From: Callorhinchus milii
Lineage: Eukaryota
Length of the DNA stretch: 64,000 nt
NCBI RefSeq assembly: GCF_018977255.1
Contig: NW_024704743.1
Location: 91,886,001-91,950,000, forward strand
Direction: 5' to 3'
The notes under the pieces are model-generated. The model ran no database searches. It had not been told where the DNA came from and saw only the letters and a program-made list of their open reading frames with translations. Positions 39,080-50,530 of this stretch are shown piece by piece. A program made the translations under genes and the position numbers. Numbering within the stretch: the stretch's first letter is position 1; every line of letters starts with the position of its first letter.

Positions 39080-40058
39080 AAAGTCATGATGGTACACCAG
39101 CCACCTCTGCTCCCTTAAAGCACAGGTGCATACTGCTGAACGCACCTGGCTTAAATTGAACCTAATGGTCCATTGGCAGATTGGCTGGCCCTTATCAAAT
39201 TTTACTGCTCCACCCTCGCCTCCGCTAAATCATCGTTCTACTCCAGGACAATCTTGGAGGCCAAGGACAACCCATTCTTCTCTTCTCCATCACCAACCGG
39301 CTCCTCTGCCCACCATTTCATGGCTCACCCATCTTCACAATGCCAACTGCAAGGCAATGCTGGGATTCCTTGAAGTCAAACTCGAGGGGATCCGCTCAGC
39401 TGCCTCTGTCCTTCCATCTACTTCCGCCTGCCCATCTCCTCCTCTCACCCCAGGCCGCCGAAATCCTCATTCATGCATTCATAACATTGAAGCTTGACTA
39501 TACAAGCTCCTTGCTTGTTGTCCTGCCAACCTCTTCCTTCTATAGGTTGCAGATCATTCAGAACTCTGCAGCCTGTGTTCTATCCCCCACCAGGCTCCAT
39601 GACCCTATCACCCCCATCCTTACCCGACTCCACTGGCTTCCCATCACCCAGAGGATACAGTTCAAGATCCTGGTCCTCACATTCAAAGTTTTCCATAGCC
39701 TTGATAGCCCCTACCTCTGCGAACTCCTAAGCCCCTTCCGCTCAGTGGGCTCCGGCCTGCTTCACGTCTCCCGCCTCGTCTCCCCCACTATTGGCGGGTT
39801 GGCTTTCTGCAACTCTGCCCCCACCCTCTGGAACTCCATCCCGCAGTCCCACCACTTTGCTCCTGCCTTACCTCCTTCAAGACCCATCTCAAGACCCTTC
39901 TCTTTGCCTATGCTTTCGATTGCCCTGCTTCCCCCCCTGCCTTCCACCCTCCCTGATACCGATCTGCAGCTCGGGTCCGAGACACTGACTCTCCAGCACT
40001 TTGGGACATCTTCCCAACGTGAAAGGCACTATACAAATTTAATGTTGTTGTTGTTGTT
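39080..40058 (+). mobile_element. L2 LINE with the RT core deleted
   Basis: Pre-RT linker (SAKSSFYSRTILEAKDNP) joins at about 39430 to post-RT AAEILIHAFIT...LHWLP; (TTG)n tail. Confidence 0.85.
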
Positions 40059-41649
40059 ACAACAAGAGGAACAATATAATCAGGTGAGGGATGTGATAGG
40101 GAAGCAGCTGGAACTGAATATTGAATATAATATTTTCATACAATTGAACTTGAGGACGGGCCACAATTATTTTTTCATTTCCGTATACATTTAATAAACA
40201 GGATGCATCAGAACAGCACAAGCATATAATATCAAGCATCCTACTGGATCTTGTTACCAGTATGGAAGCTTGTCAAATTCTGCTTTATTTTAGCCTAACT
40301 GAATGTAAATGACAGATTTTCACATTTTAATTTTTGACAGTGTTTTATCCTGATTTGTGCATTGCTTTCAAGACTGAAGGAATCCCTAGATTTTACAGTT
40401 TGAACAAATAGATAAGGAATTGATTACCTGTAGTATTTGTTTTAGTGTCTTCAGACTAGCATCATTCTGTGCAGTTGAATTAATATCAATATATATCAAG
40501 TATAATGTCTTTTTTGGCACATTTTTTACACCAAAAATATCAGAAATCTGTTCATGTGTATGTGACCTCTCCTGACAAATAAATAGCATGGAGGCTGTTC
40601 CTCCACCAGTATTAAAGACCTTTTTTTTGGTTTAAAAGGAAGTCTATACTTCAAGGAGGCAAACAGAGAGGTATACGAAGGAAATATATTAGGTCTGCTC
40701 GCTGTAGCAATTACGAAACAGAATTCAGTGCACATCGGGTGTTTGAAAATCAACTTGGAAATTGACTTGGTATTCATTTAGAAATGCAAAAATGATCTTA
40801 ATCCGATGGTGCAGGTTTGTCCAATTTAATATAAAGAAAAATGTTGCAAGCATGAGTTGCTCCCTCTTCGACAATTGCTTTCTAGTAGTCGGATTGATTT
40901 TCCAATAAGCTGGAGACAGGAGGCTAGTATGCATCACAGAAATGGACGAGCAGTAGAAACATTCAACTCCAAACATTTGTGTTTGCCTGCTGCTGAGATG
41001 GCCTGCTGCCAAGAGCATTTGCATCTTATTTAAAACTTATTTAAAACTACTTCGAGGCCATTTTTTTCCCATTACAGCAGCATTTTTTCCAGCTTGTGCA
41101 AGGATTTATTCAGTGGATGTAAATTTATGCTTTGAAGAAAACACATACACTCAACACGTCAGACAAAATGTCTTGGAGTGAACTTGAATGAGTTTTTAGG
41201 TCTGTTTTGGGGTGAATGAAAACCCACTTAAAAGTAACTGAAATACATCAGCATTGACTTAAGGTCAACTTTCATTTTTTGTGTTAGGCTGATAGCCAGT
41301 GCAAGAAAATTAAAATTAAGGTGCAGGTCATTCCTCACATTATTCTAGACCTTTCCCAACTAATCTCCTCCTCCAAGTTTGTATGTCATTCCTATTTTGA
41401 TTGGAGATATATTGAATGCACAACGGTGAGCTTAGCATACAGTTAGGCAAAAACAGCTTGTATTTATATAGCGGCCTTCACACAGGGCAGTGTCTTGGAG
41501 CACTTGCACACATTAATACTGTAAAAGCAATTCACAGATAATAATATAGTGTCAAATATAGTTCAAATACAGGTCAAATATAGTGACTGTTTTTGGAGGC
41601 ACAAAAATGGTCCAAAAACAACCATAAGATGGATAGTCATATCTTTTCA

Positions 41650-42360
41650 ATTAGTTGCCACCCTGGTAGCACTCTCGCCTCTATGTCAGAGATCATGGGT
41701 TCAAGCCTCACTTTGGGATATCAGACTTACATATTCAACTTGCAGTGCAGTCTTGGGGTGCATTGCATAATTGCGTTGCATTGCGTGGAGTCCTGTAACT
41801 CAGTGGTTAGAGCACTCGCTTTGCAAGCGAGAGACCTGAGTTCAATTCCAGGCAGGTCAGGGCGAAACCTTGGGCAAGTTTCCTTACTCCACACACCTAA
41901 TAATAATCCCTCCAAAACCAAAAACAATAATAAATTGGTCATTTTCAATCTACGACTGTTTGTGGGACATTGCTGTGCGCAATTGGCTGCCGCGTTCGCC
42001 CACAAATATACAGTCAATTCACTTTACAGTGTATTCTGTGAAGCGCTTTGGGACGTCCTCCCGACGTGAAAAGCGCTATATCAAATGCAAGGATTATTAT
42101 TATTAATGGACATGTCATCATTTGGATGAAATGTTAAACCAAGGTCCCGTCTATCTATTCGGGTCGGTATTAAAGATCCCATTGCATCCCATTCCCATAT
42201 TGGAAAAAGAAGGCAGTTTCTCCCGGTGTCCTGACAAACACTTCTCCTAGATAAAATTGGTAATTCACATTATTTGTGGGTCATTCCACAAATTGGCAGC
42301 ACATGTTCGGCTCCACAATACACAATCACTGTATTTTACAGTAAATCCTGTGATTGGTGG
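41650..42360 (+). mobile_element. Old Deu-SINE split by a young SINE
   Basis: Head at 41650-41784; Deu core resumes at 42106. Confidence 0.75.
41785..42105 (+). mobile_element. Young tRNA SINE, full length
   Basis: CpG-rich, with intact head and 3' stem-loop at 42042-42077. Confidence 0.95.
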
Positions 42361-43254
42361 TGAGATGTTTTGATGATGTTACAGTTACAGTAAGTTTACG
42401 GTAAATTATGGTAAGTTATGTAGCATTGTTTAAAAACAGTGGCCTCCTATCATTTGATTTTGTTAGATCTCAGCAGTTATAGGTGAACTGCCAGCTTAGC
42501 ATTATGTAGTGCTTGCTGTACGCTGGAGCAGAAAGTTGAGTGCTTGATTTATACTTAGGAAACTAACTGCATTTAGGAGGGATTTCTTTTCATTTATAGT
42601 TTAGAGCCATTTCAAAAGCGTTCTCCTGCTGTTAGGTTTCTCTCTCTTGCTGTTTGCTTTTAGTAATTATGTACATTATTATTAGTAGTAGAAAGTACAG
42701 TGGTGCCTTTTGTAACTAAGTAGCTGGTGGTCCATAATATCCCAACCCACGACTGCAATAATGTATTCACTGTGTATGCGCACAGATAGCTGCTTCAGTT
42801 CCTGCAAAAACAAAAGGGGCCAGCAGATCATTAGGTCATTACCAGCTTCATTTCCTATGTGCACAGGAAGGACACATGACGTGACATCAGCGGTGACCTG
42901 GAAATCAGCAATTTTTAGTGCAGGAAACAGTAGGCTCCCTGAATTACTGATGGTCATTATTTTTTAATCCACACCGATCAACACCTAACCATTGTGCAGT
43001 CTATGTAGGCTGATGCTTGCTTTATGTGAATGTAGTACAGGAACACAAATGTATATTGTATTTGGGGTGAGGCTTGTAACTTTATTTGAATAAATAAAAC
43101 ATTTGTACAGTTCATATTACCTTTCAATCTTCTGTTCTTCCAGTTGATTGCGGTGTGATTGTTGTTCTTTGGCATAGTGCTAGGGGTACTGCATTTCAGA
43201 TAAGTGAACAGAGACTGATTTGCCTTAACCTGTAATTCACATCCCATACCCAAG

Positions 43255-43573
43255 TCAGGTTAAATGTCAACCCTGTCTCAGTTGTGCTTTGTACAAAATA
43301 GGCTGATGTCCAATTTGCAGATGGACCACACCCACTATATCAATCAGAGACTATTGGAAAATTCTCACAAACAAATGTTCAGGAATTGGACACCTCTCCC
43401 ACCAGACTGTGTGGACCACCAAAACTGTCAGATAGCACAGGCATAAATTTATTGTTGGCCCATGAGAGAATACAGCATATCCCACCAATAAGCCCCCATA
43501 AAATGGATGGCCTGTTACGGGACCAGCAAACCATCTGGATTCAAGCTCTACTATAACTATGAGCAAAAAAAAA
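43255..43573 (+). mobile_element. Probable ancient SINE-like repeat (MER131-like, from memory)
   Basis: GGAATTGGACACCTCTCCC...ATAAGCCCC motifs ending in an A-run at 43565-43573; family assignment unverified. Confidence 0.35.
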
Positions 43574-43594
43574 TCTAATCCAATCATTTAAACG

Positions 43595-45865
43595 TCCTCA
43601 TCTTCCTCATCTCCTTTTCCTCTCGCATCCTTCTCCCCTCCACCAAGCCCTCAACCATTCTCTACTGCCCTTGGAAAAGGCTACCCCCGAGACCCTCACA
43701 CAGGCCCTTGCATCATCAAATATCCTATCCCTCTGGCCTTCCACCCACGGAGATCCTGAAGCAACCGTCCAGCTGCTCCATGATTGCCTCTCCTCCATCT
43801 TCAACTCCCTCATCCCCCTAAAATCCAGGACCATCTCCAAACCCACCCGATCCCCCTGGTATAACAACCATCTCCGCTGCCAAAAAACTCAAACCTGTCT
43901 GCTTGAACACAGATGGCGGAAAACTGGCCTGACAGTCCACCGCCAACTGTGACTCGAGCATCTCCACAGCTACCGCCATTCTTTGATACATGCAAAAACG
44001 GCCTTCTACTCCAACATCATCTTGGAGGCTAAACACAACCCTAAAATCCTTTTTTCCACCACCCACTACACCCTCAGGCCTCCTCAATCTTCATATCAAA
44101 TGCCAAGTGCGAGGAGGTCATGGACTTCTTTTCATCTAAAATACACAACATTCGCCAGGCAGCCTCATCCACCTGCCTCTTGTCACCCACAATAACGCCC
44201 TCTCTGTCCCCTTCACCATCATCTGCTCCTACCATGACCCCCATCTATATTCCTTCCTCCCCATCTCTTCCTCCTCCCTCTCACCCACCATCACCTCCAT
44301 GAAACCCACCACCTGATGCCTCGAGCCCCTCCCCACCAACTTGCTGGTCACCCAGCTCCCCCTCCTCTGCCCACTACTGGCTGATGTCATCAACCATTCC
44401 CTCTCCACCGGATCAATCCCTGCCCCCCTCAAAACTGCTGTTATCAACCCTCCTCAAAAAATCTTGACTGGATCCCTCAAACCCAAGCCACTACCACCTA
44501 TTTCTAACCTGCCCTTCCTCGTAAAAGTCCTAGAACGTGTTATTGCCAATCAACTTCGCGCACACCTCTCCTCCCACTCTGCACTTGTGAACGTCACAAA
44601 CAACATGCTCTATATCTGTGACCAGGGCTCCCTCTGCCTTCTTGTCCTCCTGGACCTCTTCGCCACTTTCGACACAGTCAATCACACCATCCTCCTCCAC
44701 CAACTTTCCTCCGTCATCCACCTCAGTGGGACCGCACTTGCCTGGTTCGAACCCTACCTCACATACCGCCAGCAGTACATCTGCACAAACAGCTTCTCCT
44801 CCCGCTCTCACCTGGTCACCTGTGGGGTACCCCAAGGATCCATCCTTGGCCCCCTCCTCTTTCTGATCTACATGTTCCCTCTTGGGGATGTCATCCGTAG
44901 ACATGGGGTACACTTCCACATGTATGCGGATGACACCCAACTCTATTTTTCCAGCTCTCATTGCGACCCCCAGTCCCCTGATGTTCTGTCAGCCTGCCTG
45001 TCAGACCTCAGGAGCTGGATGAGCACAAATTTCCTTCAGCTGAATGTTGACAAGATGGAAGCCATACTCTTTGGCTCTTGTCAATGTCTAAAATCTCACA
45101 GATCTCCTCCACCTACCTGACTTCCCCTTAAATCAAACCAACCCGTACGCAACTTAGGCGTCAGGTTCGACCCCCAATTATCCTTCCTCCCCCACATCTG
45201 GTCCCTCACCAGCACTACCTTCTTCCACCTCCGATGCATCGCCCATCTCCGCCAATACCTCTCTCTGAAAGCTGCTGAAACCCTGGTCCATGCCTTTGTC
45301 ACCTCTTGGCTGGACTATTCAAATGCCCTCCTTGCCAGCCTCCGCCCCACTACCATCCATAAAATCCAGATTATTTAAAACTCTGCCGACTGCATTCTCA
45401 CCCGCACCAAACTCTGCTCCCCAATTACCCCAGTCCTTGCCAGACTGCATTGGCTGCCTGTCCCAGAGAGGATTGACTTCAAGATCCTCACCCTTGTCTT
45501 CAACTCCCTTCATTCCTCTGCAACCCCTCTCTCTCCGACATCCTGTCTCCTCAAAACAGTGTCCGTTGCCTTCGTTCCTTGGGTCTGGTCTCCTCCTTGT
45601 CCCCCGAGTCCTCCACTCCATCCTCGGTGGCCGTGCCTTCAGCCACAACGCCCTGACCTCTCTGGAACTCTCTTTCTCACTCCCTTTGCCTCGCCCCCTC
45701 TCATCCTATCTTCAGGTCTCTGCTGAAGACTTTTCTTTTCGACCGCGCCTTTGGTCACTTTCCTCCCCCTCCCCCGGCTCAGCCCCGGGATCCGTTACTG
45801 TGAAGTGCTCTGAGATGCCATCCAACATGGAGGGCGCTGTATAAATCCAAGTTGTTGTTGTTGTT
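43595..45865 (+). mobile_element. Longest L2 copy: ORF2 pseudogene from the linker through RT to the tail
   Basis: PISNLPFLVKVLER, LLDLFATFDTVNH, GVPQGSILGPLLFLIYM, YADDTQLY (44923); multiple stops and frameshifts; (TTG)n tail. Confidence 0.95.
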
Positions 45866-45949
45866 AAATAATAAGTTATCCTTTCTCCCCTCTCTCCTCC
45901 CCCCACTCCCTTCCCCCCAATCCATAATCCAAGGCCTCTATTGATAAAA

Positions 45950-46626
45950 TCACTGTCCAACATAAAACTGAGTCCCTGGCCAGGACCACTTTCCTCTACC
46001 ACCACCACATTACCCATCTCTGACAATACCTCACTCCACAAGCTACCGAAATCCTTGAACTTGCCTTCATCACCTCTTGGCTGGATTACTCAAACACCCT
46101 CCTCGCCGGTCTTCCCTCCTCCACTATTCACAAAATTCAACTCATCCAAAACTCCACCCCCCACATTCTCACCCACACTAAACTCCGCACCCCAATTATC
46201 CCATTCCTTGCCAAACTCCACTGGCTACCTGTCACAGAGCTCATCGACTTCAAATCCTCACTCTAGTGTTTAAATCCCTCGATGCCTTGGTACCCCCCTA
46301 TCTCTCTAACCTCCTCTCTCCTCACAGCACTACTCGCTGCCTCTGCTCTACTGGCTTCGGCCTCCTCCTTGTCACTCGAATCCTCCACTCCACCGATGGT
46401 GACCACGCCTTCAGCTACTATGCCCCAAAGCTATGGAACTTCCTCCCTCAATCCTTTCACCTTGCTTCCACTTTCCCCATTTTCAGGTTGTGCCTGAAGA
46501 CCTTCCTCTTCGATCATACCTATGGTCACCTACCCCTCCCCTTGGCTCTGCATCTCCACCATCTTTAAGCGCTCTAGGACGCCAACCGGTGTGGAAGGCG
46601 CTATACAAATACAAGTTGTTGTGTTG
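45950..46626 (+). mobile_element. Second tandem L2 3' fragment
   Basis: FKSLDALVPPYLSNLL...APKLWNFLP...LKTFLF, followed by a tail. Confidence 0.9.
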
Positions 46627-46634
46627 ACAACAGA

Positions 46635-46990
46635 TGTGATCCCTAGTCTATGCTACATTATCTTATTTCAGCCGGATAGAGTAAGGTTGTTTACAATGTC
46701 CCTGGGTTGGAGAGAGCGAGCAGAGGATTAAAAATGAGCCAGGCTTCCTGTTTTGATCACTATCCAGGGTCCCTCCTAGAAATGGATGTGTGGGGATGTT
46801 GGGCAAGGGCAAGATTGAGCTCAGCTGTTATGCTCCACAGTTGTAATTGCTTGCCAACACTCATTGTCCAGGCTCAAGCATGAATAATGACCATTTTGAG
46901 GAAGTTATTAGTCAGTGGCCAGTGCCTATTGGAATTGGAGCCAACATAAGTCTGTTTCTTCAGTGAATGAGAGGATAACATTGGAGGAAA
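46635..46990 (+). mobile_element. AmnSINE2-like ancient SINE
   Basis: AGCCAGGCTTCCTG..TGATCACTATCCAG..CTCAGCTGT..GCCAACACTCATTGTCCAGGCTCA..CATGAATAATGACCA follows the AmnSINE2 consensus as I recall it. Confidence 0.6.
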
Positions 46991-48147
46991 ATATATACAA
47001 TAAAAATAAAGAGTAGCAGGTAATAAAATGCAAACACAATTTTTTTAAAAAAAATCTCTGTTGCTGCATTTCTGGTACAATGGTGTAAATGGAAGTTCAG
47101 CTGTAACTGTAAATACCCAAATCCAAATCTGAAGGCTCAGCACCATTTAAATAAATGGCTTTTAACTATTATACCTGCTACTCTGGAACTCATCCCAGAG
47201 TCTCTCCAACTCATCTCCTCCTTCCCCACTTTTAAAGCCCACTGTAATATTTTCCTCTTTTTGGTCATCTTTCCACCCCCCTCTCCCTCCCCCACCCCAC
47301 CTTTAAATTGGACCTGAAGGTCCGGACAGATAGAGTGGAAGCAAAATGAAGGAGCAGTGAAATGCAGTTCCAGAGCTTAACAGACCAGAAGCTTTACCGA
47401 CTCACTGATCATTACATTTCAGTTCAAGCTATCTTTGTTAGCCAGTTTAGTGCTCATTTAAAGTGTTTTTGTGTGTTTTCACACCATTTTCAGCAGTTCT
47501 TATGTTGAGTCCAGACATCTTCAAAGGTCCCTTTGCTTAGTTGGGGAGATTAGAGGCACCCCCAGCATCTGAGAAAGCACAAAAGGCCTGTCACCACTAT
47601 CTATTGCCACACTAACCTTCTAAAGGCTGCAGCAAGTTCATGACTCAACCAATGCTGCATTCGCAGCAGTACGAACCATTGGAATATTTTTTTTTCCCTG
47701 GATAATTGTTAAAACTAATTCATAGTGGCAGTGCCTGCCCAAAGTCTATATTACCTGTCTTAGCACAGACACACCATATGCTGCCTACTAAAGAGTGGTC
47801 TGTTTCCATTAGAGAAATGCTGCCTCTTTTGGACTTGTTTTCCCCTAACATTGCAGCTAATCTAAAAATTTCTTTCCTCATGCTCTTCGTCTATCTTTTA
47901 AGCGGTTCCTCTCTTACCAAATATCAACATGTTTTTTGTTTCCCTGCAGGAATGAATATAAAGGTTAAAAAATGTGAACACGTAAAAAATGTCTGTTGGT
48001 CTCAGTATCATTAGGAACTGGTCCTGGGGCTTCAACATGTGCAATTCATTCCTGGTGAAACCTGAGAGGCATTGGCTTTCCACGAGGCATTAGCAGCAGA
48101 TATTGTCCTTGGAGGGTTATTGTATTGTAAATAATATTGATAACAGG

Positions 48148-49925
48148 GTATCATCCCGCTCAGTTCCTGTTAACCCTGCAAGCCAAAGCCCTAATGAGTA
48201 GAGTGGTCCTAGCTAGACAAGCAGCAGGAAAGCTTGCGAGACAGCAATATCAAAGGCACACTATGGGGTTTTAGTTGGTTAGACTCCAGCACCCACTCTG
48301 GGGTCCCCAAGCCTTGGCTCTTGCCAATATGTACATAACAACAACAACTTCCACTTATATAGTGCCCTATATGCAGGGTAGCTTCGTAGAGCGCTTAACA
48401 GTGGTGGAACCTGATTCCGATCCGGGCAGGGGGGATATGGCCGTAAGCATGGTCGAAGAGGAAAGCTTTCAGGTGGGACTTGAAAGGGGAGAGATGGGGC
48501 AAGGCAGAAGGATTGAGGGAGAGTGTTCCAGAGTGTTGGGGCAGAGTGACTGAAAGCATGACCTCCAATGGTGGGGTGGAGGGTGCGAGGGATGAACAAG
48601 AGGCCAGTGGGGTGGTGGATTGGGGAGTGAGGAGGTCAGAGAGGTAGGGAGGTGCCAGGGAGTGAATGGATTTGAACATCACTGTGAGGATCTTGAAGTC
48701 AATCCGTTCATTGATGGGGAACCAGTGGAGCCCAGCCAGAACTGGTTAGATGTGGGTACGGAGTTTAGACCAGGTCAGTATGCTGGCGGCAGAGTTTTGA
48801 ATGAGCTGAATCTTTTGAATGGTGGAGCTGGGGAAACTTGCGAGAAGTGCATTGGATCAATCCAGGTGGGAGGTGACAAATGCATGCACAAGGGTTTCAG
48901 CTGCATTTGGGATAAGGTAGGTCAGTGGCGGGCAATGTGGCGGAGGTGGAAGAAGGCAATCCCGGTCAGGGACTGGATGTGGGGGAGAAAAGACAGCTGG
49001 GGGTTGATCTGGACACCTAGATTGCACACTAGTTCAGTGAGTCTGAGGGAGAGTCCAGGGAGTTTGAGGAGTTTAGAGCAGCAGGAGTGAAGACGTTAAC
49101 GGGAGCCAAGGAGTATGCGAACCATGCAAGTGCGGTCCCACAAAGGTAGATGAGAGAGGAGAGACGATGGAGGAGAAGGGTGTGGTCGACTATGTTGAAC
49201 GTGGCAGAGAGATCCAGGAGGATGAGGAAGCAGAGGGAGCCCTGGCCACAGATAGAGACAATGTCAATTGTGACTTTGACATGCGTTGTCTTTGTGCTGT
49301 GGGCAGGGCGAACACCAAACTGCAGGGGCTCAAGGAAGGAATGAAGGGAGAGGTGTGACCTAAGTTGACCTGCAACAATGCGATCCAGGACTTTGGCAAG
49401 GAAGGGTAGGTTGGAGATGGGATGGTAGTGTGAGAGATTAGAGGGATCGAGGGTGGGTCTTTCGAGGAGGGGTGTGATGACAGCAGTTTTCAGGGGGAGT
49501 GGAGCAGAGCCTGAGGAGAGAGACTGGTTGACCATGTCGGCAAGCAGTGGGGAGAGAAGGGGCAGTTAAGTAACCAACAGCTGGGTGGGGAGGGGGTCGA
49601 GGCAGCAGATGGTGAACTTCATCTGGTGATTGTAGTTGAGAGGGAGGAGGGAGAAATGGGGGCAAAGAAATGTAAGGAGGGATGAGTAGTAGAAGCCATG
49701 GTGGTGGGAGAAGGCGGTGTGGATGGTCTACTAGGGTGGAATACTTTCTGGAATTACGTAAGCAAGATGTATCCCTCCAGGGAGAGAGTGTGCTTTCCAT
49801 TCCAACAATCTATCTCTTGGATTTCCATGTGTAGTTGGGATGCATGGAAATCTCAGCTTGGTTTGGATACTTTTAAGCATGATGATGGGTTTCCGCATGT
49901 GTCTCACATACAGCTGACCTAAATA
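48148..49925 (+). repeat. Family X copy split by a 1.4-kb L2
   Basis: 48148-48338 (...CTTGCCAATATGTACATAA) continues at 49740 (AATACTTTCTGGAATT...GCTGACC plus A-rich tail). Confidence 0.85.
48337..49738 (-). mobile_element. L2 LINE, 5'-truncated with an internal RT deletion
   Basis: YHPISNLPFLAKVLDR...LLDLSATFNIVDH...LAWF then jumps past the QGS and YADD motifs at about 49100. Confidence 0.9.
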
Positions 49926-50269
49926 AATAAAATAAATATTAAAGAAGCTACCTCTGTCTTTGCTTTTGATTACCCTCCCCTACCGTCACCCTCTCCAGAC
50001 CTCCCCCACCCCCATAGGTACCCAACTCTTCAAACTCCACCTCTCTCTGTCAGCCAGCCTGGCTCCTGGAGCTTTCTTTGGGTTTACTCAAGATTGGTGC
50101 CAAAACAGGTTTTCAAGGGTTCTTTGAGACAATTCCTGGCCCCTGCATGATTCACTATTTATAAATCAATGTGTAGCAGTTTAAAGAAAATGCCCAGTAT
50201 CATCTTGTCAGGGTAACCAGGGATGAGCAATAAATGTTGCCTGGCCCTCGCAGCATTACCAACATCCCA

Positions 50270-50530
50270 AAGTGAATGACCATTTTATTGGGGGATTGTT
50301 GGCCAGGGCACTAGGATAAACTCCTTTCTCTTTTCAAATAGTTCCACTGGCTATTTAATGTTTTCCTGAATAAGCAGAAAGGACTTTGGTTTAATGTCTC
50401 ATCTGAAGGATGGCAGTCCAACAATGCAGCACATCCCCAGCACAGTATTGGAGTGTCAGCCTAGACTATAGGAGTTCAAAGTCTCTATTTGGGGCTTGAA
50501 CCTACAATCTTCTTACTCAGAGGCAACTAA
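50270..50530 (-). mobile_element. Old Deu-domain SINE fragment
   Basis: Homologous to 33715-33940. Confidence 0.8.

Noticed and set aside
39340..40194. Longest ORF (284 aa) as a host gene
   Set aside because: It is an L2 ORF2 C-terminal remnant running through the tail into flanking DNA.
41870..42106. Recurrent ORF MGKFPYST...KCKDYYY (also at 22681, 58228 and others) looking like a small multigene family
   Set aside because: It is a read-through of the young SINE: TTG start inside the repeat, and poly-Tyr from the (TTA)n tail.
44341..45120. 259-aa reverse transcriptase ORF as an active or domesticated gene
   Set aside because: It is embedded in a 5'-truncated L2 with stops, frameshifts and an internal deletion.
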